In this document: in pieces, positions 1 through 8,890 of the stretch
How positions within the stretch are numbered: position 1 is the first letter of the stretch
How the letters are laid out: each line of letters starts with the position of its first letter
IMG/VR virus record: IMGVR_UViG_3300025770_000656
From: a virus
Direction: 5' to 3' (one strand)
Length of the DNA: 64,000 nucleotides
Notes under the pieces: model-generated
Told to the model about the DNA's origin: nothing
The model's input: only the letters and a program-made list of their open reading frames with translations
Databases searched by the model: none
Program-made: the position numbers and the translations under genes

Positions 1-885
1 GGAACAACTGCACAACGTCCAACAGGTGAAACAGGACAATTTAGGTATAATAGTACAACTAATGGTTTAGAATTTTATGATGATGCTGGATGGGAAAGTT
101 TAAGCACTTCCTTTACACTTGCAACATCCCAGACATTTACTGGTGACGGTTCAGACCTTACATTTACACTTTCTGCACTAAGTGGATCAGATTCTTACAC
201 AACTGCTGGTGTATTTGTTAGTATTAACGGTGTTGTACAGCAACCAACAGTTGTTTATGGTATCAGTGGTACTACACTTACATTTACTTCAGGAAGCGCA
301 CCAGCTAACGGTGACTTAATTGAGGTACGTAAGTTTACTACAACCACAACAATTAAATCATTGGCTGATGGTGATGGTGATACACAGGTACAAGTTGAAG
401 AAAGCAGTGATGAGGACAAAGTTCGCATTGATGCTGGTGGATCAGAAATTGCTGTTATTGACAGTAGTGGTATTACACTTACAACAGGTAGCTTTGTTGG
501 TACAGCTACACAAGCACAATACGCTGACCTTGCAGAAAAATACGCAAGTGATGAAGATATTGCTGCTGGTTCAGTTGTACATTTTGTAGGCGAAGGCAAA
601 GTTGCATCATGCAATGCAGCAAACTGCCCTGTAGTAGCAGGTGTTGTTAGTACAGATCCAGCTTACTTAATGAACAGTAAGCAAGACGGTGTTGCATTAG
701 CACTAGCTGGTCGTGTACCTACCAAGGTAACAGGCGCAGTTGCCGCAGGAGACTTAATGGTTTCCGCAGGTAACGGAATGGCAATGGCTAACAACGATGC
801 CAAAATGGGTACAGTAATTGGTAAAGCAATCGAAGCCAACGAAGGCGGAGAAGGCGTTATTGAAGTACTAGTAATGATGATGTAA
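1..885 (+). CDS. 5'-truncated tail fibre/structural protein with C-terminal peptidase G2-like autoproteolytic chaperone domain
   Basis: Frame 1 is open from base 1 (GTTAQRPTGETGQFRYNSTTNGLEFY...) into the tracked 361-885 ORF. The C-terminus YADLAEKY...VAGVVSTDPAYLMN...ALAGRVPTKV...GDLMVS...VIGKAIE is typical of fibre C-terminal chaperones. Confidence 0.75.
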   Translation, partial: GTTAQRPTGETGQFRYNSTTNGLEFYDDAGWESLSTSFTLATSQTFTGDGSDLTFTLSALSGSDSYTTAGVFVSINGVVQQPTVVYGISGTTLTFTSGSAPANGDLIEVRKFTTTTTIKSLADGDGDTQVQVEESSDEDKVRIDAGGSEIAVIDSSGITLTTGSFVGTATQAQYADLAEKYASDEDIAAGSVVHFVGEGKVASCNAANCPVVAGVVSTDPAYLMNSKQDGVALALAGRVPTKVTGAVAAGDLMVSAGNGMAMANNDAKMGTVIGKAIEANEGGEGVIEVLVMMM

Positions 886-913
886 TTCATTACATTTTCA
901 AACTGAAAAAGAT

Positions 914-943
914 ATAGGGAGGATTTAATCCTCCCTATTTTCT
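914..943 (+). terminator. intrinsic terminator
   Basis: ATAGGGAGGAT-tta-ATCCTCCCTAT stem followed by TTTCTT, directly after the fibre gene. Confidence 0.7.
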
Positions 944-945
944 TG

Positions 946-953
946 GATAAATA
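946..953 (+). promoter_or_regulatory. T4-like late promoter (NATAAATA)
   Basis: GATAAATA 25 nt upstream of ATG 979. The same motif precedes many structural genes (10081, 12768, 16127, 16838, 19791, 23577, 63246). Confidence 0.6.
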
Positions 954-978
954 CTAGCAACGAAATAAGGAGTTTTTC

Positions 979-2982
979 ATGGCACTTACTATGCCCAAAG
1001 CTAGTCAAATTAATTTTGATTTAACTAATATCTCAGATCCGATTATTAGATTAAACAGCGGTGAAAGTGGAAGTGCTGATAAAGATACTGGTATAGTATT
1101 AGAACGTGGCAGTGATACAAACGTTGCATTACTATACGATGAAAGTGCAAACCAGTTTGCACTAGTTAATACTAACGAAGATGGTACAACTAGCGGCAAT
1201 GTTACTATTGCAAGCTATGCTCCTGTCAAACTCTCAAATCTTGTAATTGCTGATGCTGGTAATATTGGATCAGCAAGTGATACAGATGCTATTGCTATTA
1301 GTTCTGGCGGCGTAGTAACTATGAATCAGATACCAGTATTCAGTGCCGGTATCAACGTCTCTGGTGGAACCATAGCAGGAACTCTTGCCACTGCGGCCCA
1401 AACAAATATTACTTCACTTGGCACATTAACTGCTCTTACTGTTGATGATGTTGCTATAAATGGTAAAGTAATGACTATGACAGGGTCAAGTAGCGATACT
1501 GCCGTGTTTACCGTTGGTACAAATGGTACACTTTCAATTGTTACTACTGATACTGCCGCGGCAGCGGCTAACATTCAAATTACTGCTGATGGTACTGCCG
1601 AACTTGCAGGTACTACAGTCACATTAGATTCTAGTGGTGGAATTACTCTTGATGCAGACAATGGAACAATTACATTTGCAGATGCTGGTGTTTCGTTAGG
1701 TACAATTACTTCTTCGGGGTATACCGGAAATGTAGTTGGTAATGTAACAGGTAATGTAAGTGGTACAGCCGCAACCGTTACAACAGCCGCACAAACAAAT
1801 ATTACTTCACTCGGTACATTAACAACATTAACAGTTGATAATATTATTATAAATGGCGCAAATATTGGTCATACATCCGATACTGATTCGATTGCTATTG
1901 CCGCTGATGGCGTAGTTACAATGAATCAAATACCTGTGTTTAGTGCAGGTATTAATGTGTCAGGTGGTACTATTGCTGGTACATTAGCAACTGCCGCACA
2001 AACAAATATTACAACTGTTGGTACACTAACTGCATTACAAGTAGATAATATCAATATTAACGGTAATGCAATAACAAGTACTGCTGGTATTGATCTAACG
2101 ATTACCCCATTGGCAGGTCAACAGATTGTTCTTGATGGAACAATTGTTGTTGATGCAGGAGTAGTCACCGGTGCAACGAGTATCACATCAACTGCATTTG
2201 TTGGCGATTTAACTGGTGATGTTACAGGTAATGCTGATACATTTACAGCAACAGCAAACAATTCTACAAATGAAACAGTTTATCCTGTTTTTGTAGATGG
2301 AGCAACTGGTACTCAAGGAGCAGAGACAGATACAGGGCTAACTTACAATCCATCAACGGGACTTCTTACTTCAACTGGATTCTCAGGGAACTTAACAGGT
2401 ACACTACAAACTGCTGCTCAAGGCAATGTAACATCGTTGGGAACATTGACAACGCTGACCGTTGATAATATCATCATTAATGGAACAAACATTGGTCACA
2501 CTTCTGATACTGATGCCATTGCTATTGCCGCTGATGGTAAAGTTACGTTTAGTCAAGAAACAACTGTTACAACAGCTATTACACTAAATGCACAAGCAGA
2601 TCTAAGATTTGCTGATGCAGATAGCAGTAATTGGCTTGCATTCCAAGCACCAAATACCGTGGGTAGTAACGTAACATGGACTTTACCATCAGCTGATGGT
2701 ACTGAAGATCAAGTACTAAGCACAAATGGCAGCGGCACACTAGCTTGGGCTGATGCTGGGTCGGGTGGCAGTTCAAGCGCCAGTAGTTACCCCAACAGTA
2801 CAGTTTCAACAATGCCAGGTAGTGCCGGTAACTACGACTTAGGAAAAAACACAGCTCAAGATACAGCAGAGACACCATTCGAAGCAGGTGGCGCAGATGC
2901 ATTTGGAGTTAACTTAGGAACAGTATATAGTATGATGGATCCTGCTGGCACAACAACCACAGTTGATCTTGGTACGATGTAG
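979..2982 (+). CDS. Thr/Gly/Ala-rich tail fibre-like protein with internal repeats
   Basis: 667 aa with an AGGAG RBS. Repeated modules TAAQTNITSLGTLTxLxVD, NIGHTSDTDxIAIAADG and MNQIPVFSAGINVSGGTIAGTLA; WTLPSADG..QVLSTNGSGTLAW is a fibre-type motif. Confidence 0.7.
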   Translation: MALTMPKASQINFDLTNISDPIIRLNSGESGSADKDTGIVLERGSDTNVALLYDESANQFALVNTNEDGTTSGNVTIASYAPVKLSNLVIADAGNIGSASDTDAIAISSGGVVTMNQIPVFSAGINVSGGTIAGTLATAAQTNITSLGTLTALTVDDVAINGKVMTMTGSSSDTAVFTVGTNGTLSIVTTDTAAAAANIQITADGTAELAGTTVTLDSSGGITLDADNGTITFADAGVSLGTITSSGYTGNVVGNVTGNVSGTAATVTTAAQTNITSLGTLTTLTVDNIIINGANIGHTSDTDSIAIAADGVVTMNQIPVFSAGINVSGGTIAGTLATAAQTNITTVGTLTALQVDNININGNAITSTAGIDLTITPLAGQQIVLDGTIVVDAGVVTGATSITSTAFVGDLTGDVTGNADTFTATANNSTNETVYPVFVDGATGTQGAETDTGLTYNPSTGLLTSTGFSGNLTGTLQTAAQGNVTSLGTLTTLTVDNIIINGTNIGHTSDTDAIAIAADGKVTFSQETTVTTAITLNAQADLRFADADSSNWLAFQAPNTVGSNVTWTLPSADGTEDQVLSTNGSGTLAWADAGSGGSSSASSYPNSTVSTMPGSAGNYDLGKNTAQDTAETPFEAGGADAFGVNLGTVYSMMDPAGTTTTVDLGTM

Positions 2983-3007
2983 TAAATAATTTAAAAGGAA
3001 TTTAATT

Positions 3008-3571
3008 ATGCCAACAACATTACAATTTAGAAGAGGTACAACTGCTCAAAACAATGCATTCACTGGCGCCGCTGGTGAGTTGTCAGTTGATTCAACACTG
3101 GATACAGTAAGAGTACATGATGGATCAACTGCTGGAGGTTTTCTACTAACATCTCGTACATCCTTATACGCTGATATTGCAGAACGTTATTGGGCTGACG
3201 GTGTATATGAACCAGGAACTGTACTAGTATTTGGTGGAGAAAATGAAGTTACTGTTTCTACACAACCACAAGACACTAAGTTTGCTGGAGTAGTATCTAC
3301 AGAACCCTATGCTATCATGAATAGCCCAAACAGAGAACCAGACTTAACAGATGAGATGCATCCAGCATTAGCTCTTATAGGACGAGTTCCTTGCAATGTA
3401 TCAGGATTTGTAAGAAAAGGAGACTTAATTGTAACTAGTACTGAAGTTGGTGCAGCCATGGCATGGCGTGATGAAAGCAATCCTCCGACAGGCAGTGTTA
3501 TTGGCAAGAGCTTAGAAGACAAAGATGATAAAGCAGTAGGAGTTATTGAAGTAGTCGTTGGAGTTAGATAA
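3008..3571 (+). CDS. Mtd_N-like N-terminus fused to peptidase G2-like chaperone domain
   Basis: MPTTLQFRRGTTAQNNAFTGAAGELSVDSTLDTVRVHDGSTAGG resembles the major tropism determinant N-terminal domain; it is followed by YADIAERY...FAGVVSTEP...LALIGRVPC...GDLIV...VIGKSLE. Confidence 0.65.
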   Translation: MPTTLQFRRGTTAQNNAFTGAAGELSVDSTLDTVRVHDGSTAGGFLLTSRTSLYADIAERYWADGVYEPGTVLVFGGENEVTVSTQPQDTKFAGVVSTEPYAIMNSPNREPDLTDEMHPALALIGRVPCNVSGFVRKGDLIVTSTEVGAAMAWRDESNPPTGSVIGKSLEDKDDKAVGVIEVVVGVR

Positions 3572-3576
3572 CAAAT

Positions 3577-4332
3577 ATGTTTAAGTTTTATACGGCAGAT
3601 TACGAGGGAGAGATGGTTTCAGATAGTCTGCATTGGAGAGACGGAAACAAAGATTCTAACGGAGTGTGGATACCAAAAACTGTTTTAAACGACGATCATA
3701 CTAAAACCGCACACATTATAGGAAACGGTCCGAGTCGCGAAAAAATAAATTTGTTTTTACTTGACGGTCAGTCTGGCGGCGAAGGCGGTATTACCAGTGT
3801 TGGGCAATCTTATGGTTGTAACCAAACATTTGAAGAGTTTAATCCTACGTTTTTATTCTGTGTTAATACTGAAATTTTAGAACAAATGGTGCTTACTGGC
3901 TATTATGAAGACAATATTGTGTATACAACTAGAAATAACTTATTAAAGTTTCCAGGAAAGTTTCATCTATATCCACACTGGCAAAAGTTATACATGGGAC
4001 CAGCAGCAATGCGTATGGCTTGTGCAGATGGACACAAAAGAGTATACTTAATTGGTTTCGATTTTTATTTTGGAGAGGTGCATCATCTATACCCAGCAAC
4101 TGACACTTCTTACTTGCCAATGGGAAATACAGAAACACTCCGGTCTAAACTTCTTAAGCAAGTATGTAACATAATTAAGTTATACGATGATGTTGAATTT
4201 TTTCATGTACTTAATACATTTAACAACAAGGTTGAACATCAATTTGAGGAGTTTAAGTGGTTGCCAAATATTAAACCGATTGGTCTATTTGAGTATACAA
4301 ACCAAACTGGACTAGGTGCTGTAGCCAAATAA
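3577..4332 (+). CDS. glycosyltransferase-like protein (MAF/DUF115-sialyltransferase-like fold)
   Basis: HIIGNGPSR...YGCN...VYLIGFDF motif pattern. Confidence 0.45.
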   Translation: MFKFYTADYEGEMVSDSLHWRDGNKDSNGVWIPKTVLNDDHTKTAHIIGNGPSREKINLFLLDGQSGGEGGITSVGQSYGCNQTFEEFNPTFLFCVNTEILEQMVLTGYYEDNIVYTTRNNLLKFPGKFHLYPHWQKLYMGPAAMRMACADGHKRVYLIGFDFYFGEVHHLYPATDTSYLPMGNTETLRSKLLKQVCNIIKLYDDVEFFHVLNTFNNKVEHQFEEFKWLPNIKPIGLFEYTNQTGLGAVAK

Positions 4333-4755
4333 CTCTGAAATAGTTGTTATCTTTGCTCGTATCTCATTAACATTAATAGTATTAAATACTCCAGGATGCA
4401 ACGGCCTTGGCCAACTGTCTATAGTTGTCCAAGCATAACCTTTATGTTCTGTGTTTAGCATAGGTATAAATTCGCCTTCAACTACAGTAACAAAAGTGTG
4501 ATATTCAAACTTTTTCTTTGTATTGATAAACTTTTCAATAGGAATATGTTTTTCTACTTCACCAGTAAAGTTAATTTCTTCATGAATTTCTCTCATTAAC
4601 CCTTGTATAATAGACTCATGTGGCTCTAGCTTCCCGCCAACAAATGCCCAGGTGTTATCAAAACTAGTTTCGCTTCGTAATAAAAATAAAAATCTCTGTG
4701 TAGATTTGGCAAAAAATACAGTGCCAACACTTTGTTTTAAATTACTATTGTCCAT
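4312..4755 (-). CDS. NUDIX hydrolase
   Basis: Nudix box GGKLEPHESIIQGLMREIHEEIN. Confidence 0.85.
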   Translation of the reverse strand: MDNSNLKQSVGTVFFAKSTQRFLFLLRSETSFDNTWAFVGGKLEPHESIIQGLMREIHEEINFTGEVEKHIPIEKFINTKKKFEYHTFVTVVEGEFIPMLNTEHKGYAWTTIDSWPRPLHPGVFNTINVNEIRAKITTISELFGYST

Positions 4756-6140
4756 TCTCCGGCCTTGTATTCGCCTTCGTAACTCTTAAGCCATGCATCA
4801 CCAGTCCATTTGTACTGGATTCCTGTATTAGTATTTGTCATATAGTGTACACCCGTTTGGGTACTACTGTCAAATACTATATTCCAACGTATGCCGTCAT
4901 ATTGAATAATATCATTTGCTCCAGCTATAAAATCATTGCCAGATGTATCTTTCCAAGCATCAGGCCCGTCAGTATTACTAGCATCACCAATACTGTTAAG
5001 GATTAAATACCGCTGCCCAACTGCCTTCGCGTCTAAACCAACGCTTGGTCCCACTTTTAATGGATTAATAATTTTAAGTACTGGATCTAGATCGTTAGTG
5101 GGAATAGTATCTTCATCTAATGTAAACAATAATTTACTGTCGTCACTAGGGTGGTGTGCTATTGTTCCAACTATTTCGCCAGTACCAAAGTCAATTCTTA
5201 TTTGACTAATTCCTGATTGCAACTCACCATATTGATTAATTACTGCTCGCCAAGTAATAAGATCTCCAGTTCCTGCCTTTGCAGGCGGATCGTTTGCAAT
5301 ACTAGGTTCAGACTTATTAGTAACAGTCTCGTGTCTCTCTAGTATTTCTATCGTGCTTCCTAGTAGTAAAATACCATAATTCATAGGTGTAAATTTTAGT
5401 CTTGTACCCATCAATATGTCTTGATCAATAACGCCGTCGCTTAAATCTCCTGACTCGTCAAATATGCTAGCAACAATCTTAGATACTACGCCGAGTTTCT
5501 TAACTTTAGCTGGTGGTGAAAGCCATACTGGTAACATAAATTGCAAAGTTGCAATATCAATTAGGTCGTCTACACCAACTGGCACTGCTCTGCTACTCCA
5601 AGTAGTTTGCTGTAACTCAATATAACTTAAACTTCCCCAATCTAGGTAGTTGTCTGTGCTTTGTATTTCTAAAGCAGGATTAAATAATACAAGGATTTGC
5701 TCTAATAACTGTAATTTCTGTGTAGTATTGCTAGTCCAAATATCAACTGTCATTGTTAAATTATATGGAACAGGCATATGACGTTCTACGCTAAATGCAT
5801 TGCCTTGTTGTGTATTATACTCTCCAGTATTATCATCAAATTGTCTCATTCGAATATGACGCTTGTCTACAAACGTAGGCTCTTGCCTGCGTTCTGGATT
5901 GTATTCCATAGCAGAAATGTAACAACTAATCATTGGACTAGGGTTAATCTTGTTTTCACTATTCTCTTTAATAATACTGCTAACAATACGTGTTGAGTCG
6001 CCGTACTTAACCGGCACAGTTACAAGGGATACATTGCCAGCTCTGTCTTTGCCATACTCAATCTGAAAATTACTAAATGCACGGATAAACTGTAACAGAA
6101 ATCTTCTAATTTGTTGGTCGTAAAAGAATTGCATCGGCAT
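4737..6140 (-). CDS. gp15: tail completion/sheath stabiliser (T4 gp15-like) with C-terminal extension
   Basis: QFFYDQQIRRFLLQFIRAFSNF...VPVKYGD...MPVPYNLTMTVDIWT...QLLEQILVLFNP. ATG 6140 overlaps the upstream stop (TGATG). Confidence 0.7.
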   Translation of the reverse strand: MPMQFFYDQQIRRFLLQFIRAFSNFQIEYGKDRAGNVSLVTVPVKYGDSTRIVSSIIKENSENKINPSPMISCYISAMEYNPERRQEPTFVDKRHIRMRQFDDNTGEYNTQQGNAFSVERHMPVPYNLTMTVDIWTSNTTQKLQLLEQILVLFNPALEIQSTDNYLDWGSLSYIELQQTTWSSRAVPVGVDDLIDIATLQFMLPVWLSPPAKVKKLGVVSKIVASIFDESGDLSDGVIDQDILMGTRLKFTPMNYGILLLGSTIEILERHETVTNKSEPSIANDPPAKAGTGDLITWRAVINQYGELQSGISQIRIDFGTGEIVGTIAHHPSDDSKLLFTLDEDTIPTNDLDPVLKIINPLKVGPSVGLDAKAVGQRYLILNSIGDASNTDGPDAWKDTSGNDFIAGANDIIQYDGIRWNIVFDSSTQTGVHYMTNTNTGIQYKWTGDAWLKSYEGEYKAGEWTIVI

Positions 6141-6739
6141 CACTTATCCATCCATACTCGTTTGCCATCTACAAGTTTCCAAGTTTTACCTTTTACTTTC
6201 GCCGCAAGTTTTTGTAAATGATCTTTGTTTTGTTGTGTATATTCTTTGCTTGTATATCTTTTTTGTGCCGCTTTTTTATACTTTTGTATAGAATCTTCAC
6301 TGTGAGACCACAAACCTGAAGTTCCTTTTATAGGATGTGCTTTGCCCTTCATAGCACCACCATCTCTACGAGTCCAGCCACCAACATTATTTTCTCTGTG
6401 TCTTTTTAACTGTGCTTGGCGCATTCTTTCAATGCTTTCTGGACTGTGTGTTTTGTTGTTTCCTGCTTCACGATTGTTATATACGACAGTTTTTTGTCTA
6501 TAATGTGCCAACCACTGTGCTTCTTTTTCGTTTAGTTCATCTAAGTTTTTGGCGGTATCAATAACTTCCCAATTAAAACTTTCTTTACCGTATTTTCTAA
6601 TACTATCATACAAATAAGTCTTTTTGCCTCGTCTAGCATCGGCTAAGTGAGCATACCAACGCATTTTAGGATTAGATTGGATTGTTTGTCCAACATAAAC
6701 TTTATTGTTTTCTTTGTTTGTAATAATATAGATGAGCAT
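6140..6739 (-). CDS. free-standing GIY-YIG homing endonuclease (Seg-like)
   Basis: LIYIITNKENNKVYVGQT...RW...LYDSIRKYGKESFNWEVID...E...YN, with a NUMOD3-like HSPESIERM motif. Confidence 0.85.
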   Translation of the reverse strand: MLIYIITNKENNKVYVGQTIQSNPKMRWYAHLADARRGKKTYLYDSIRKYGKESFNWEVIDTAKNLDELNEKEAQWLAHYRQKTVVYNNREAGNNKTHSPESIERMRQAQLKRHRENNVGGWTRRDGGAMKGKAHPIKGTSGLWSHSEDSIQKYKKAAQKRYTSKEYTQQNKDHLQKLAAKVKGKTWKLVDGKRVWMDK

Positions 6740-7926
6740 CAGTCATCTTCCCTAGCACTTAGTATTTGACTTAATCCTTGACGTTGGTCTATCTCTACAT
6801 TGTCATCTCGAGTTGTCTTAGCTGTATTGTTTGTAAACGTATCTATCTGTCTTGTTCCAGTGCCAGGAGTTAATGGAGATCTCACACTATCTTCTACCTT
6901 AACCCAACGTGATCCATTATATCTAAATAGCCTATTAGGTAAAAAGTCTAAACGTAAAACATAATCCCCTTCTTGTGAGTCAGTAGGAAAGCTAGTACCC
7001 ATTGTAACTTCTTCTCCATTTGGCGCAAGACCGTCACCTACCAAGTATCCACCGTAAGCATTTGCATTTTCTGGACTGATACGTGTTGAGTCTGCTGTAA
7101 TAATATTGCTGTCCGCGGATATAGTACTTATATCACTGGTATAGCCTTTAGGATCAAGCGGTTGACCAGTATCATCTGCTGGTACAACATAGTATCTACT
7201 GGTATCATATCCGCTCTTAGGAACTTCAACTTCAGCTTGTTCTACAACCTTGTTGGTAATTTCAAGCTCTTTCTTATACGTGCTGAGCAAGTCTCTTAAA
7301 GTAGCATCTGTAGATTCGCCAGTTTCTTCATTTATTTGTATCTTGTTAAGAATATCGTTGTATTCTTGGCTGTCTACCATTGGTGTGCATTTAACACGCC
7401 ATAAGTGCGGCCACCATGTTGGACTATATCCTTCTGTGGGTCTCGTGCCTTCTTGAACAACATAATAGCGTTTTAACGCTACTTCTAAACTTGTATCTAA
7501 ACTATTGTAATCTTTAAGATGCGGTAACTCTAATACGTCACCGCTCATTAACCTGCGGCCAAGGATACGATCCATGTCTGCAAGGTGAAATGTAATAAAC
7601 AATGTGTCGTTTTGTAAAAATAGCCCAAACTGGCTAAGATCAAAGTCTGTATCTGCTACATTGTATATGCCACGCATATTATAAATGTCAGTGTCGTATT
7701 TTCTATCTCTGTTCTCTAAGAACAGCAAGTCTTGGATCCCTAAGGGGTCATCTTCAACTGTTTGGGGTAAACTAGCGTCTGTGCTTGGGCCTTGATTTAG
7801 TATGCCTAAGTACTTGTGAACAGAGATGCCAGTGCCGCCGACAGTGAACATCTCTTTGATGTTGCGATCAAAAAACTTAAAATCAGAGGAGTGTGTTCCC
7901 TCTTTCCACATACTAATACGGGGCAT
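6739..7926 (-). CDS. gp14: neck/head-closure protein (T4 gp14-like)
   Basis: IQDLLFLENRDRKYD...DLSQFGLFL...GDVLELPHL pattern; next to the gp15-like gene; late promoter on the minus strand at 7949-7956. Confidence 0.65.
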   Translation of the reverse strand: MPRISMWKEGTHSSDFKFFDRNIKEMFTVGGTGISVHKYLGILNQGPSTDASLPQTVEDDPLGIQDLLFLENRDRKYDTDIYNMRGIYNVADTDFDLSQFGLFLQNDTLFITFHLADMDRILGRRLMSGDVLELPHLKDYNSLDTSLEVALKRYYVVQEGTRPTEGYSPTWWPHLWRVKCTPMVDSQEYNDILNKIQINEETGESTDATLRDLLSTYKKELEITNKVVEQAEVEVPKSGYDTSRYYVVPADDTGQPLDPKGYTSDISTISADSNIITADSTRISPENANAYGGYLVGDGLAPNGEEVTMGTSFPTDSQEGDYVLRLDFLPNRLFRYNGSRWVKVEDSVRSPLTPGTGTRQIDTFTNNTAKTTRDDNVEIDQRQGLSQILSAREDD

Positions 7927-7967
7927 TGCGAATCCTTAAACTTAATAGTATTTATTGGTTTAGAAAC

Positions 7968-7997
7968 GGTTGACTATCCCTGTGTTTGTGCTATTAT
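7968..7997 (+). promoter_or_regulatory. sigma70-type early promoter
   Basis: GGTTGAC-N14-TGCTATTAT; identical architecture at 53888-53917(-), 54115-54144 and 54470-54499. Confidence 0.7.
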
Positions 7998-8002
7998 AAA
8001 GT

Positions 8003-8203
8003 ATGATTAGGACAAAGAAACTTGGTGCCGGTGACTACGTAACCACAAACACCAGCCCTGTATACTACATTTCCAAGAGTTACGATGGTGGAAACTATTG
8101 GATCCTTCACGATGAACTGTATGACATGTACGGATCCGGCTATTATAGTACATGGGATACCAAGAGAGATTGTATTGAGATCATAAAAGAGAGGGTTAGA
8201 TGA
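8003..8203 (+). CDS. small hypothetical early protein
   Basis: 66 aa directly after the early promoter; its stop overlaps the next ATG. Confidence 0.55.
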   Translation: MIRTKKLGAGDYVTTNTSPVYYISKSYDGGNYWILHDELYDMYGSGYYSTWDTKRDCIEIIKERVR

Positions 8204-8484
8204 GCAAAGAAACCACAGTTGCTACTATTCTTAAGGATTTGGACGACAAAGTCGTTTCTCCTAACGGTTATACCCGTGGTGAGTTAAGCAATGCTTTTGA
8301 TAACATTGCTGATCCTTCTAACTGGAAGATGCCCGTCCTCAAGTTAATTCACAAAGATGAATTTGATATTAGCAATGAGGCTTGTATCTTCTTCACTGGC
8401 TCTGCTTTGAAGCATGCAGGTGTTGACGAAAACGATTGTATGCTGGTGTCTGCCGCAGGTTACTACAACACCATAGGAGCCTAA
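8200..8484 (+). CDS. hypothetical protein
   Basis: 94 aa, GAGG RBS, ATGA overlap. Confidence 0.6.
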   Translation: MSKETTVATILKDLDDKVVSPNGYTRGELSNAFDNIADPSNWKMPVLKLIHKDEFDISNEACIFFTGSALKHAGVDENDCMLVSAAGYYNTIGA

Positions 8485-8525
8485 ATTTAGGCTCGAGCCT
8501 AAATTAACACTTAACATAAGGAGAG

Positions 8526-8723
8526 ATGCATATGTCATCCAAAGTAGTTATTAAAGCAATGCCAACCGATAACCGGTATGTGCGTGAAAAACTGTTTAAG
8601 ATAGTGAAACTAGTCAATTATGATAGCGTTGGATTAGTTGACACTGTTTTCACTGAAAATCAGGTTGAACGGTTTCTTAAGACCTTAAATAAGCGAGTGT
8701 CATACGAAATATTAGGCGCATAA
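8526..8723 (+). CDS. hypothetical protein
   Basis: 65 aa, AAGGAG RBS. Confidence 0.55.
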   Translation: MHMSSKVVIKAMPTDNRYVREKLFKIVKLVNYDSVGLVDTVFTENQVERFLKTLNKRVSYEILGA

Positions 8724-8725
8724 CA

Positions 8726-8890
8726 GTGTCTAATATTATTGATTTTAAAACTCGTAAACCTATTCCTATAAGTACCCTACAGAAGGAATGGGTTGAAACT
8801 GTTTCTAACGAAGCCATAGACAACTTAGACATGGCTGATATTATGAGCCTTATTGAAAGTATGGAGAAGTTTTATGGCAACGACAGTTAA
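8726..8890 (+). CDS. small hypothetical protein (not in ORF track)
   Basis: GTG-start 54 aa ORF MSNIIDFKTRKPIP...MEKFYGNDS fills the gap between its neighbours exactly. Confidence 0.5.
   Translation: MSNIIDFKTRKPIPISTLQKEWVETVSNEAIDNLDMADIMSLIESMEKFYGNDS

Noticed and set aside
3008-3571. Diversity-generating retroelement suggested by the Mtd_N domain
   Set aside because: No reverse transcriptase, Avd or adenine-mismatched TR/VR pair is visible in the window; the fibre repeats differ at synonymous sites, not specifically at adenines.
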